Positions 1 to 8,439 of a DNA stretch of 28,007 nt are shown one piece after another (within the stretch, counting starts at the first letter, position 1; each line of letters starts with the position of its first letter). A model generated the notes under the pieces. It searched no databases. It had not been told where the DNA came from and saw only the letters and a program-made list of their open reading frames with translations. Both the position numbers and the translations under genes were made by a program. The stretch covers positions 1 to 28,007 of the IMG/VR virus record IMGVR_UViG_3300038673_000807, one strand, 5' to 3'. Source of the stretch: a virus (taxonomy: Duplodnaviria > Caudoviricetes).

Positions 1-2
1 CA

Positions 3-179
3 TTGGATAAGTTAGAAGAGCTTAAAATACTTGTGCATATCGGGAAGGAGATTAAAGCATTCCGATCATTTAAAAATTTTGAATTTGTAACTAGATTAAT
101 CGAAGATGTTTCAAGACAGTGCGAAGGGTGGTTGAGGAGCCAGAACATCGTTGGCAAACCGCCATCGGTTGTGCGCTAA
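3..179 (+). CDS. avd: DGR accessory variability determinant (Avd / four-helix bundle), 5'-partial
   Basis: Manual translation: LDKLEELKILVHIGKEIKAFRSFKNFEFVTRLIEDVSRQCEGWLRSQNIVGKPPSVVR*. It is helical, ends with an Avd-like 'Q-x-x-GW' motif, and lies directly upstream of the TR and DGR RT. Confidence 0.8.
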   Translation: MDKLEELKILVHIGKEIKAFRSFKNFEFVTRLIEDVSRQCEGWLRSQNIVGKPPSVVR

Positions 180-290
180 GGGAGTAATCACTGGGCGCTC
201 TTTCCACCCCATGGGTATGAGAAAGCAGGGGATCGTATCCGTAAGGACTCGGTGCCCGAAGGTCTGAAAAGACGTTAAGTGAAAGAGCAA

Positions 291-401
291 GTAGTTGCCG
301 GCAATACAAATCACGCGTGGTGCGTGAATTTCAATAACGGCAACGTGAACAACAACAATAAGGACAATAATAATTATGTGCGTCCGGTCCGTTCCAGCCA
401 G
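291..401 (+). repeat. DGR template repeat (TR)
   Basis: Reads VVAGNTNHAWCVNFNNGNVNNNNKDNNNYVRPVRSSQ with 13 AAC/AAT codons. This is the AW-x-V-x-F-x-x-G...YVRxVR pattern of CLec/DUF1566 variable regions, placed between avd and RT. Ends are approximate without the VR. Confidence 0.88.
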
Positions 402-1497
402 CGATTCAGATAATAGCGTTTTTTCTTACCGCAGTATCTATCAGCGATATCTTGAATGTCGTAAAAATAAGCGTAATTCAATTAACGCATTAAAATTTGA
501 GATAGACGCAGAAAGTAATCTACTTGAGCTGGAACATGAGCTTAAGTATAGGACTTATCGCCCTTCGCGCTCTATTTTATTCGCAGCAAAGAAGCCAAAA
601 CTTCGAGAGATTTTTGCCTCCGATTTTCGCGACCGTGTTGTGCATCATATATTAGTTCGGGAATTAGAAAATATTTGGGAACCGATTTTTATCCATGATT
701 CCTATGCCTGCAGAGTTGGAAAAGGTACACATAAGGCAGTTGTCCGTCTTAAGTCATTTCTATGTAAAATCACTAAAAACGGGAACATCAGGGCGTATTA
801 TCTGCAACTCGATATTAAGGATTTTTTTATATCAATTAATAAAAATATATTGTTCGAGATATTGAAAAAACGAGTTGCGGATCAGGACCTGCTTTGGCTC
901 ATTGAAACTGTACTATTTTGGGATTGTACAAAATCTTATATCGCCAAAGGGGATAAGAACCTATTACGAAATATTCCTAAAAACAAAAGTTTATTTGGAA
1001 AGGACAATCTCCGTGGTCTTCCAATCGGTAATTTAACAAGTCAGTTTTTCGCGAATGTATATCTTAATGAGCTTGATCAGTTCGTTAAACATAATCTCAA
1101 AGTTAACTATTATTTACGTTATGTCGATGACTTTGTGATCCTTAGTCATGATAAAAAACAGCTGGTGACGTTCAGAGAAGAGATCGGAAAATTTCTTACT
1201 AAAAAGCTTGTATTAAGGCTGCATCCGCGGAGAAGGAAACTTTCTTCGGTATCTTCTGGAATAAATTTCTTAGGATACATTGTCCGTCATAATTATGTTC
1301 TAGTCCGTCGTCGAGTAGTTAATAATTTGCGCCATAAACTGCACGATTTTGCTACATCTGGGATAAGGGATGATGGGAAATTGCGGGCGACTATTGCGTC
1401 TTATCTGGGGCATTTCCGCTTGGCAAATAGCTGGCGATTAACTAAAGAAATAATTGTTTATTTTGAAAAGATTGTTGGGAGCGATATTAAAAGATGA
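376..1497 (+). CDS. DGR reverse transcriptase
   Basis: 373 aa with RT motifs FRDRVVHH, LQLDIKDFF, GLPIGNLTSQFFANVYL (DGR-type IGxxxSQ), YVDDF and FLGY. No maturase or endonuclease extension. Confidence 0.93.
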   Translation: MCVRSVPASDSDNSVFSYRSIYQRYLECRKNKRNSINALKFEIDAESNLLELEHELKYRTYRPSRSILFAAKKPKLREIFASDFRDRVVHHILVRELENIWEPIFIHDSYACRVGKGTHKAVVRLKSFLCKITKNGNIRAYYLQLDIKDFFISINKNILFEILKKRVADQDLLWLIETVLFWDCTKSYIAKGDKNLLRNIPKNKSLFGKDNLRGLPIGNLTSQFFANVYLNELDQFVKHNLKVNYYLRYVDDFVILSHDKKQLVTFREEIGKFLTKKLVLRLHPRRRKLSSVSSGINFLGYIVRHNYVLVRRRVVNNLRHKLHDFATSGIRDDGKLRATIASYLGHFRLANSWRLTKEIIVYFEKIVGSDIKR

Positions 1498-1591
1498 TCA
1501 CAATATTCCACGAACCACAAAATTTAACACAGCAATAAAGAAGTGCATAAGCGTTTTGCGGCATGGAAGCATGTCTTTGTTAAATAAAGAC

Positions 1592-1640
1592 TTACGGGTC
1601 CTTCCAGGGGGGGGGGCCATTGAGGGTCGGCAAGCGTGCA
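1592..1640 (+). other. Putative lambda-like cos packaging site (cosQ-like GGGTCCT at 1596-1602, candidate cosN near 1624)
   Basis: TTACGGGTCCTT matches the lambda cosQ context, followed by a G10 run and GGGTCGGCAAGC. It sits in the intergenic region upstream of the packaging genes of a GpA-terminase phage. Confidence 0.55.
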
Positions 1641-1750
1641 GTTGGTCACTGATCGTGAAACTTTTTTTTGCCATTGCATGTTCATAAAAATAGATATCAG
1701 AGTGGTTAATAAAATATTAATTTTCTCCTCGGAGACATAAGCGGAAAAAG

Positions 1751-2803
1751 ATGCCCAATATTAACGTAAAACATGCAATTTTGGAATTGCATATTGCTGA
1801 TTTAAAACCGTGGTCAGAAAATCCTCGCGGGATTGAGCAGGAGTCCATTGAAGGCCTTCGTGCCAGTCTGGAAAATTTTGGGCTGGTCGATTTCCCGGTT
1901 GTGAATAAACGTAATATGCAGGTCATTTCCGGGCATCAGAGGATTAAGGTTCTTCAGGCGGATGGGATTGAGGTAGTCCCTTGCGTAATGGTCGACCTTG
2001 ATGATATGGCTGCACAGACATTGGCCATAACGCTAAACAATCAGGAAATTGCCGGTTATTTTACGGCTGCACTCATTCCGATTCTGGAGCAAATGCGGAA
2101 GGAGATGCCAGAGGATTATATCAAACTTCGGCTTCAAGAATTACGAGAGGAGGTTGATCAGTTTGAAGTGGAAAAGACCGGTAACACACTTCCAGATGAT
2201 ATCCCACCGGCACCGAAAGAGACGATCACGAAGACTGGGGATTTATGGATTCTTGGTGATCATCGGCTTTTGTGCGGAAGCAGTACCAGCGCGGAGGATA
2301 TTGCCAGCCTGATGGATGGATTACAAGCGCAACTGCTGGCCACGGATCCACCGTACCTTGTTGACTATACTGGCAAGGATAGGCCAGGAGGCGGGAAGGA
2401 CTGGTCAGACACATATCACGAGGTTGATATTAAAGATGCCCGTGGATTCTTTCATTCATTTTTGTCTCTGGCTTTACGGAATATCGATCAGAACACAGCT
2501 ATTTATGTGTGGCATGCGGATCGGAGGTTTGAGCTGATCAATGATATCTTCCGGGATCTCGATATTCTTTTGCACCAACATATCATCTGGGTAAAGCCGT
2601 GTACGGTGATGACGTATTCAATTTATCCTTGGCGACATGAGCCGTGTCTTTTCGGTTGGCGCCGCGGGAGTAAACCGTTCTTCCGGCCATCGCGTAAGAA
2701 GATTGGATCGGTTTGGGTTGTGGACTTATTGAGGACGGGAGATCCGGAAGGCCCGGAATATTACAGTGATCTTTGGGAAGTTGATTGGGAGGTGTTGGCA
2801 TGA
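1751..2803 (+). CDS. ParB-N domain / N6-N4 DNA methyltransferase fusion, apparently C-terminally truncated
   Basis: N-terminal ParB-like NPR...VISGHQR, linker GDLWILGDHRLLCGSS, catalytic TDPPY, IIWVK and HEPCLFGW. It lacks the HPTxKP and FxGxG SAM-binding motifs. Confidence 0.85.
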   Translation: MPNINVKHAILELHIADLKPWSENPRGIEQESIEGLRASLENFGLVDFPVVNKRNMQVISGHQRIKVLQADGIEVVPCVMVDLDDMAAQTLAITLNNQEIAGYFTAALIPILEQMRKEMPEDYIKLRLQELREEVDQFEVEKTGNTLPDDIPPAPKETITKTGDLWILGDHRLLCGSSTSAEDIASLMDGLQAQLLATDPPYLVDYTGKDRPGGGKDWSDTYHEVDIKDARGFFHSFLSLALRNIDQNTAIYVWHADRRFELINDIFRDLDILLHQHIIWVKPCTVMTYSIYPWRHEPCLFGWRRGSKPFFRPSRKKIGSVWVVDLLRTGDPEGPEYYSDLWEVDWEVLA

Positions 2804-3138
2804 AAACTGATAAATGGGTTGCTTATTATGGCGCTAATAACGAGCACGAAACCTTTGACAGCTTTGAAAAAGCTAAAGGATGGTTGGAAGATCAATATGA
2901 CGAAGACAGGGGAGAAGGATTCTCGGAAGAAACTTGTTGTGGGGAAGATTTTATAGCTAAGATAACTCATAGGTCGAAGTTCGTTGAAACCGCAAACAGG
3001 GAAAAAGATGGATACAAATGGAATGAGGAGGCACAGGGATATTTTATCAACGGCGACTCAAATTGTGAGGAGTGGCTTTACTCTGACGAAATTGATTGCA
3101 TTGGCAATGTGATCTTGGAGGAGGTCTGCCATAATTAA
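2800..3138 (+). CDS. Hypothetical acidic phage protein
   Basis: ATG at 2800 overlaps the MTase stop (ATGA), with SD GGAGGT at 2788-2793. No recognisable motif. Confidence 0.65.
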   Translation: MKTDKWVAYYGANNEHETFDSFEKAKGWLEDQYDEDRGEGFSEETCCGEDFIAKITHRSKFVETANREKDGYKWNEEAQGYFINGDSNCEEWLYSDEIDCIGNVILEEVCHN

Positions 3139-3176
3139 GCTTTGGGTGTTAATGATGTGTTTTAAGAAGATATAGC

Positions 3177-3238
3177 GGTCGGGGCAACGGCTGAGTTACC
3201 GCTCGAACCGTTACCCGACCCACATGAATGACCATGTG
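3177..3238. other. Intergenic double stem-loop, candidate structured RNA or regulatory element
   Basis: GGTCGGGGCAACGG (3177-3190) pairs with CCGTTACCCGACC (3208-3220), immediately followed by CACATG-aatgac-CATGTG (3221-3238). Confidence 0.45.
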
Positions 3239-3318
3239 AGCTTTATGCGACCGCGAGGAAGATTCTTTATTTTACGCGAGGGTAATATGCCCGTCAACCT
3301 TTCAATATCCGAGTTCTC

Positions 3319-4107
3319 ATGGCCGTTGAATCAAATAAAAAACCGAATGTTGTCGAAATGGCCAAAAAGAAGCGCCACATCCATCTACTTGAGAAGTTAC
3401 AGAAAAGCCAGCCACTTACGTCTTCTGAATTAAAAGAACTGTCTAAATATGAATCTGGACCAGATGAACCCGGTATTGTCGATAGCCAAGAGCAGGTGGC
3501 CAAGGCCTTTGGGGTTTCTTTGCGGACCATTGCATATTGGGCTAAGGACGGCATGCCGGTTACGCGTGACGGGCGGTATGACCTTAAAGAGATCCAGGCT
3601 TGGCGTTTTATACTGAAACATGGAGATGGCGACCAAAGCAATGGTAAGCCGGGATCAAAAAAGGCATTGGAGGAATGGGAGGCAAAATACCGAGAATATA
3701 AAGCCCTAAGGGAGCAAATGCGTTATCGGCAAGAAATAGGCGAGTTGGTTGAGCGGAGTTTGATTGAAGATGGATTGATTAAAATTTCGTTAGCAGTTAA
3801 AAGGGCCTTTTTAGCTCTTCCTCGTAATATTGCAACTCAGCTGGTTGGCCTGGAGCCACGACAGATCGAGGCTCGATTGCGGGAGCGGGTGCAAGAGATT
3901 ATTAAGGACTTCTCCACAGACCGCATTTTTGATCAGGCGGATACTCACACGATGGATCCGGAAGAAGACGAGAATTTTGAAGACACGCCCTCCGACGTAA
4001 CTGGTGGTTCTGCGGCGATGAGAAAGGAAATTCGGAAGCCCAATAAGCAGGCCAAGCGTAAACGGAAGAAAACGACTGGGAAAACTCATGACAGGACTCG
4101 CAGTTGA
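3319..4107 (+). CDS. Terminase small subunit (Nu1-like)
   Basis: Winged HTH VDSQEQVAKAFGVSLRTIAYWAKDGMP...YDLKEIQAW, coiled coil, GELV motif and FLALP; overlaps the TerL start. Confidence 0.85.
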   Translation: MAVESNKKPNVVEMAKKKRHIHLLEKLQKSQPLTSSELKELSKYESGPDEPGIVDSQEQVAKAFGVSLRTIAYWAKDGMPVTRDGRYDLKEIQAWRFILKHGDGDQSNGKPGSKKALEEWEAKYREYKALREQMRYRQEIGELVERSLIEDGLIKISLAVKRAFLALPRNIATQLVGLEPRQIEARLRERVQEIIKDFSTDRIFDQADTHTMDPEEDENFEDTPSDVTGGSAAMRKEIRKPNKQAKRKRKKTTGKTHDRTRS

Positions 4108-5983
4108 AACATTGCCGCTGATCTGGACTGATAATGTTCGGAAAGCTTGGGAATTGCCCAGGGAGATGACTGTTTCTGAATGGGCAGACGAGTGCCGGAT
4201 ATTGGATCATAATTCGGCAGAGCCTGGGCAATGGCACACAGGTCGCACACCATATTTGCGCGGGATAATGGATGCGTTGAGGGATCCCTTGGTTGAGGAT
4301 ATTACTATCATGTCGTCAACTCAGATCGGTAAAACCGAGGCGATGCTTAATATGCTCGGGTACGCAATTGATCAGGATCCGGCGCCGGCCATGTGGGTGC
4401 ATACAATTGAGGCGGACGCCAAGGAATTCTGTTCAGATCGTATTCAGCCTATGATACGGCTATCGCCAGCATTAAGTTCACAGCTGACAAATGATACTGA
4501 TGATATTACCAAGCGCGGGATCACTTTTCGGCGCATGAAATTATACATAGGCTGGGCAAACAGTCCGGCCGTATTATCGTCAAAGCGGATCCGGTATTTA
4601 TTTCTCGATGAAACGGACAAATACCCGCCATTCTCAGGGAAAGAAGCCGATCCCATTAAGCTGTCCACGGAACGGACCCGCACGTTTTGGAATCGGAAGA
4701 TTGTTAAATGTTCTACCCCTACCCTTGAACAGGGATTTATCAACCGGGAATATCAAAAGACCGATCAGCGTCGTTATTATGTGCCGTGCCCACATTGTGG
4801 AGAATATCAGGTCTTAGTGTTTCCTAATATTAAGTTTCCTAAAGATGAATGGGATCCGGAAGTTATCCAAGGTCAGAAGCTGGCGAGGTATGAGTGTGAA
4901 AAGTGCGACGGTATTATTACTGATGCGATGAAGCAAAATATGCTGTTGCGCGGTGTTTGGTGCCCGGGTGGATGCCATGTTAATAAAGAGGGGAAAATTA
5001 TGGGAGAAATCCCGCAAACATCTCGGCGCGGGTTCTGGATCAATTGTTTGTATTCTCCTTGGTTGACGTTTTCCGAGATTGCGGCTGAATTTTTACGCAC
5101 AAAAGGCGAGCCTGAGGAACAAATGAATTTTATCAATTCATGGCTGGCTGAGATATGGAAAGAGAATTTGGGCACCACCAAGCCGGATCAAATCAAAGCC
5201 CTGGCACTTCCTTGCGAGCCGGGGATCGTGCCGGCTGGAGTCAGATTATTGACTGCTGGCGTGGACGTGCAGAAGGACCATTTCTATTTTGCGATACGCG
5301 GGTGGGGAGTGAAATGGGAATCCTGGCAGATATTGTCCATGCGGGTGGAAACATGGGAGGACATCATTACCCGGTTGTTCAACACGTACTATCCTTCCGA
5401 AATCCGGGGAGTGGAGCCTTTCCCGGTAATGTTATCTAATTTTGACACCGGGTATCGTACTGATGAAGTTTATGACATTTGCCGTGCATGGATGGATCGG
5501 GCTAGGCCGATAAAAGGTAAGGATCATTTGCCCGGGGGGCCGTACAAACAAACCAATAACGCCAAAAATCCCGGGACGGGGGCACCGATTCCTGGGGGGT
5601 TGAAATTATGGTTATTGGATACGGCATATTATAAAAATAAAGTGGCCCGGTTAATGCATCCGTCGACGCCGGAATCGCCTAAGTTGTGGCATTTGCACCG
5701 GGATCCGGAAAAAAGTTACGTGGCAGGGATGTGTTCTGAACATAAAACACTGGTTCGCGACAAGCGGACACGCCGGGTTCATGAAGAATGGCGGCCAGTA
5801 TCACAGCATGCCCCTACGCATTTTTGGGATTGTGAGGTTTATGCCACTGCCGCTGCGGAGATGTTGCGTGTCTACGCATTGAGGGATGATCAGCCGGTCG
5901 TGAATAAACAGCAGCCTGCGGAGGGGGATCAAAACGAGGCCTGGATACAGAGGCGACCGGATTGGATACAAAGAAATGGCTAG
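4088..5983 (+). CDS. Terminase large subunit, lambda GpA family
   Basis: VSEWAD, TPYLRGIMD, Walker A STQIGKTE, Walker B LFLDETD, STPT, CPHC/CEKC zinc motif and nuclease GVDVQ. Confidence 0.95.
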   Translation: MTGLAVETLPLIWTDNVRKAWELPREMTVSEWADECRILDHNSAEPGQWHTGRTPYLRGIMDALRDPLVEDITIMSSTQIGKTEAMLNMLGYAIDQDPAPAMWVHTIEADAKEFCSDRIQPMIRLSPALSSQLTNDTDDITKRGITFRRMKLYIGWANSPAVLSSKRIRYLFLDETDKYPPFSGKEADPIKLSTERTRTFWNRKIVKCSTPTLEQGFINREYQKTDQRRYYVPCPHCGEYQVLVFPNIKFPKDEWDPEVIQGQKLARYECEKCDGIITDAMKQNMLLRGVWCPGGCHVNKEGKIMGEIPQTSRRGFWINCLYSPWLTFSEIAAEFLRTKGEPEEQMNFINSWLAEIWKENLGTTKPDQIKALALPCEPGIVPAGVRLLTAGVDVQKDHFYFAIRGWGVKWESWQILSMRVETWEDIITRLFNTYYPSEIRGVEPFPVMLSNFDTGYRTDEVYDICRAWMDRARPIKGKDHLPGGPYKQTNNAKNPGTGAPIPGGLKLWLLDTAYYKNKVARLMHPSTPESPKLWHLHRDPEKSYVAGMCSEHKTLVRDKRTRRVHEEWRPVSQHAPTHFWDCEVYATAAAEMLRVYALRDDQPVVNKQQPAEGDQNEAWIQRRPDWIQRNG

Positions 5984-6236
5984 CCCTTGGATAGAACGCC
6001 AGCGCGGATGGTTGGAGGGGTACACTCCAGAAAGATCCGAACCTAGTGATAAGGGTGATGAAACATCAGAATCCTATGGAGTCGTTTTTGTGCCGGTCAG
6101 ATGCCCGTATTGCAGGAGCAAAAATCAAAAATGTTATAGTAGTATCAAAGAAAAGGACGGCAAAATCACGCGATATCATAAATGTTTGAACGAAAAATGT
6201 GGAAAAAATTTTAAATCTGTTGAAAAAAACGATTAA
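5976..6236 (+). CDS. Small zinc-ribbon protein, Ogr/Delta-like putative transcription regulator
   Basis: CPYC...RYHKCLNEKCGKNFKSVE resembles the Ogr/Delta CPxC...CxNxxCGxxFxxxE pattern. Confidence 0.65.
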   Translation: MASPWIERQRGWLEGYTPERSEPSDKGDETSESYGVVFVPVRCPYCRSKNQKCYSSIKEKDGKITRYHKCLNEKCGKNFKSVEKND

Positions 6237-6244
6237 TTTTTAAA

Positions 6245-6302
6245 GTCGTTACTACGCTGTAGTAACGACCCTATTGACAACACATATTTGTGCGGATAGT
6301 AT
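6245..6302 (+). promoter_or_regulatory. Sigma70-like promoter with upstream perfect palindrome
   Basis: GTCGTTACTAC-gct-GTAGTAACGAC (6245-6269), then TTGACA (6274-6279), a 17 bp spacer and TAGTAT (6297-6302). Confidence 0.7.
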
Positions 6303-6446
6303 TGAAGATGAACCTACCTATTTTGATAATATCCTACATACGTCAGGCGATTGGTTGTTCGGTATTCCTGATTTTCCTATCACACTTTCATTAAGATAAT
6401 TTTAAAAGCTTGTTTGGCCGGTTATTTTAAGGATAAGGAGGCCTAA

Positions 6447-7223
6447 ATGAAAAAGTTTATATTTATGGTGGTGGCACTGTTATTAATCCCAGGAATTTGT
6501 TTTGCACAAATGTCTTTCCGTCCCAGCGGAGGGTCGGCGGTATCAGGCACTGATACGTATGTTTGCTTCTTTGATGGCGCGTCGGCCTCCTGCTCTGATG
6601 CCGGGCTGGCTTACGATAAAAGCACGGACGAATTGACCGCCAAGGGGGGGATATTAGTCGGAGACGGGACAGACAAAGACGTGACGGTATTTACTGTTAA
6701 TATCGCAGGGACTGATGTCACTGGCAAGTGGAACCAGACAACCGGCCAGCTTGAGTTCAGCGTGCCGATCAAAGGGGGTGGGACCAGCAATACAATCAGC
6801 TTCGATGATGGGGCCAGCCCTGATACTGACGAGACAGTTATCGGGACTGTGATGCCTTTTACCGCCAACGAAAACCAGGGGTTTGGCGATGTGGTATATA
6901 TTAACGGTGACGGGGAAATGCAATTAGCGGATGCTGACGCCATTGCCAGTTCGTACGTTTTGGCGATGGCGACGGAGGATATAACCGCGGATTCCTCCGG
7001 CTTTTATTTGATGCCAGGCGGGATAGCCCGTGATGACACGTGGAATTGGACCGTTGGAGAACCGATTTACCTGTCCACAACCGGGACCACCGGGAACACC
7101 CTCACCCAAACTGCTCCCAGCGGGGAGGACGACGCCATTGTCATTATCGGTGTCGCAACTCATTCGGATCGGATGTACTTTTTCCCGCAATTAACAATTA
7201 TCGAATACACGGCAGGATCATAA
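6447..7223 (+). CDS. Signal-peptide protein with C-terminal capsid-cement/fibre-like domain
   Basis: SD AAGGAGG; N-terminus MKKFIFMVVALLLIPGICFA-Q. The C-terminal GDVVYI...ADADA...LAMATEDI...WTVGEPIYLSTT...LTQTAPSG...IIGVA pattern recurs in phage structural proteins. Confidence 0.7.
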   Translation: MKKFIFMVVALLLIPGICFAQMSFRPSGGSAVSGTDTYVCFFDGASASCSDAGLAYDKSTDELTAKGGILVGDGTDKDVTVFTVNIAGTDVTGKWNQTTGQLEFSVPIKGGGTSNTISFDDGASPDTDETVIGTVMPFTANENQGFGDVVYINGDGEMQLADADAIASSYVLAMATEDITADSSGFYLMPGGIARDDTWNWTVGEPIYLSTTGTTGNTLTQTAPSGEDDAIVIIGVATHSDRMYFFPQLTIIEYTAGS

Positions 7224-7224
7224 T

Positions 7225-8439
7225 ATGAAAAAAATTATCATTTTGTTGCTTTGTTTCTTTTTAACCTCAGCGTCCCCGGCGATGGCCGCAGATAGGTATT
7301 GGGTCGGGAATGGCGGGGACTGGTCGGATGATGACACCCATTGGGCGACGTCGTCAGGGGGAAGCCCTGCTGACGGGAATAAACCGACCGCATCGGATAA
7401 CTGTATTTTCGATGGCGATTCTTTTCCCTCTGCCAGCCAGACTGTAACGGTGAATGAGGCTGCTTATTGCCTTGACCTTGATTGGACCGAAGCTGAACAA
7501 TCTCCAACATTCGCTATAACAGGAGGACATTTATACGTCAGCGGATCACTTACGTTCATTGCCGATATGACAGTCTCTTCCGGGACAACGTATATGGTTG
7601 AGATGAACGGGTCCGGGACACACACAATTACCGCGGCTGGGCATCGGATTAATTATCTGTCATTTAACGGGACTGGAACATTCACAGCCCAAGACACATT
7701 AGAAACATCATCCGGAAGTGGTAGGAAGATTTATCTTAAAAAAGGGACCTTTGACGCCAATGATCAGAATATTATTTGTAACCAGTTCAGCGGAAATTAT
7801 ACATACACCAAGGTTTTATACATGGGTTCCGGGACATGGACGATCTATAACAGTTATCAAGCTTCTGATGGGTGGATCATGTCGGCCACGAATACGACCT
7901 TGTATCCGGAAACGTCTACTATATCTCTCGGGAAGCATGCTTCATCGTCCAGCTATGGTTTCTCCGGCGCTGGGTTGACATATAACAATCTCGTGATTGA
8001 GGGGGGTAACACAGACAGGGCAACCCCGATAAAAGGCAGCAACACATTTAACGCCCTAATGATAGAAGAAAACAACCTGGTTCATTTTACCGATGGCACG
8101 ACGCAGACGGTTACATCCCTTGTTGCAACCGGGGACGCATCTAACCCTATAACTTTAACCGGGAGCAGCACAGGCGGATGGACGATTTCTGACTCTGCCG
8201 GGACAAACTCCGTGAGCTATGCAAATATTTCCTATTCTACGGCAACAGGTGGGGCAACCTGGGACGCCGACGATGGGACAAATACCGATGGCGGGAATAA
8301 TAGCGGGTGGATATTTCCGTCATCTCCGCCTGCGGGTAATGTCGGCAAATTTATGGAGACAGACTGGGGGAATATAGGCACGATTGCAGAAGTATCCGTT
8401 GGCAATATTAAAAAATTAAACGAAGTGGCCGCACAATGA
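7225..8439 (+). CDS. Signal-peptide, G/S/T-rich beta-solenoid/adhesin-like protein
   Basis: N-terminus MKKIIILLLCFFLTSASPAMA-A, then YWVGNGGDWSD...HWATSSGG and repetitive beta-strand composition. Confidence 0.7.
   Translation: MKKIIILLLCFFLTSASPAMAADRYWVGNGGDWSDDDTHWATSSGGSPADGNKPTASDNCIFDGDSFPSASQTVTVNEAAYCLDLDWTEAEQSPTFAITGGHLYVSGSLTFIADMTVSSGTTYMVEMNGSGTHTITAAGHRINYLSFNGTGTFTAQDTLETSSGSGRKIYLKKGTFDANDQNIICNQFSGNYTYTKVLYMGSGTWTIYNSYQASDGWIMSATNTTLYPETSTISLGKHASSSSYGFSGAGLTYNNLVIEGGNTDRATPIKGSNTFNALMIEENNLVHFTDGTTQTVTSLVATGDASNPITLTGSSTGGWTISDSAGTNSVSYANISYSTATGGATWDADDGTNTDGGNNSGWIFPSSPPAGNVGKFMETDWGNIGTIAEVSVGNIKKLNEVAAQ

Larger units (their letters stand above)
1..1497 (+). mobile_element. 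Diversity-generating retroelement cassette (avd-TR-RT), partial
   Basis: Canonical avd-TR-RT order; visibly more AT-rich than the downstream phage genes. Confidence 0.88.

Noticed and set aside
330-376. AAC/AAT run as a microsatellite or CRISPR repeat
   Set aside because: It is the mutable codon tract of the DGR TR; there is no repeat-spacer periodicity.
376-1497. RT as a group II intron, retron or Abi RT
   Set aside because: The IGxxxSQ motif, short length, lack of maturase/HNH or VTG motifs and the adjacent avd and TR all indicate a DGR.
1607-1616. G10 run as a phase-variation tract
   Set aside because: It is not within a credible gene or promoter spacer and is better explained as part of the cos-like region.
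1454-1687. 77-aa ORF after the RT
   Set aside because: It overlaps the RT end and the cos-like site and has no clear SD or motif; probably spurious.
3224-3433. 69-aa ORF overlapping the terS start
   Set aside because: It begins within a hairpin, overlaps terS out of frame and has no recognisable features.
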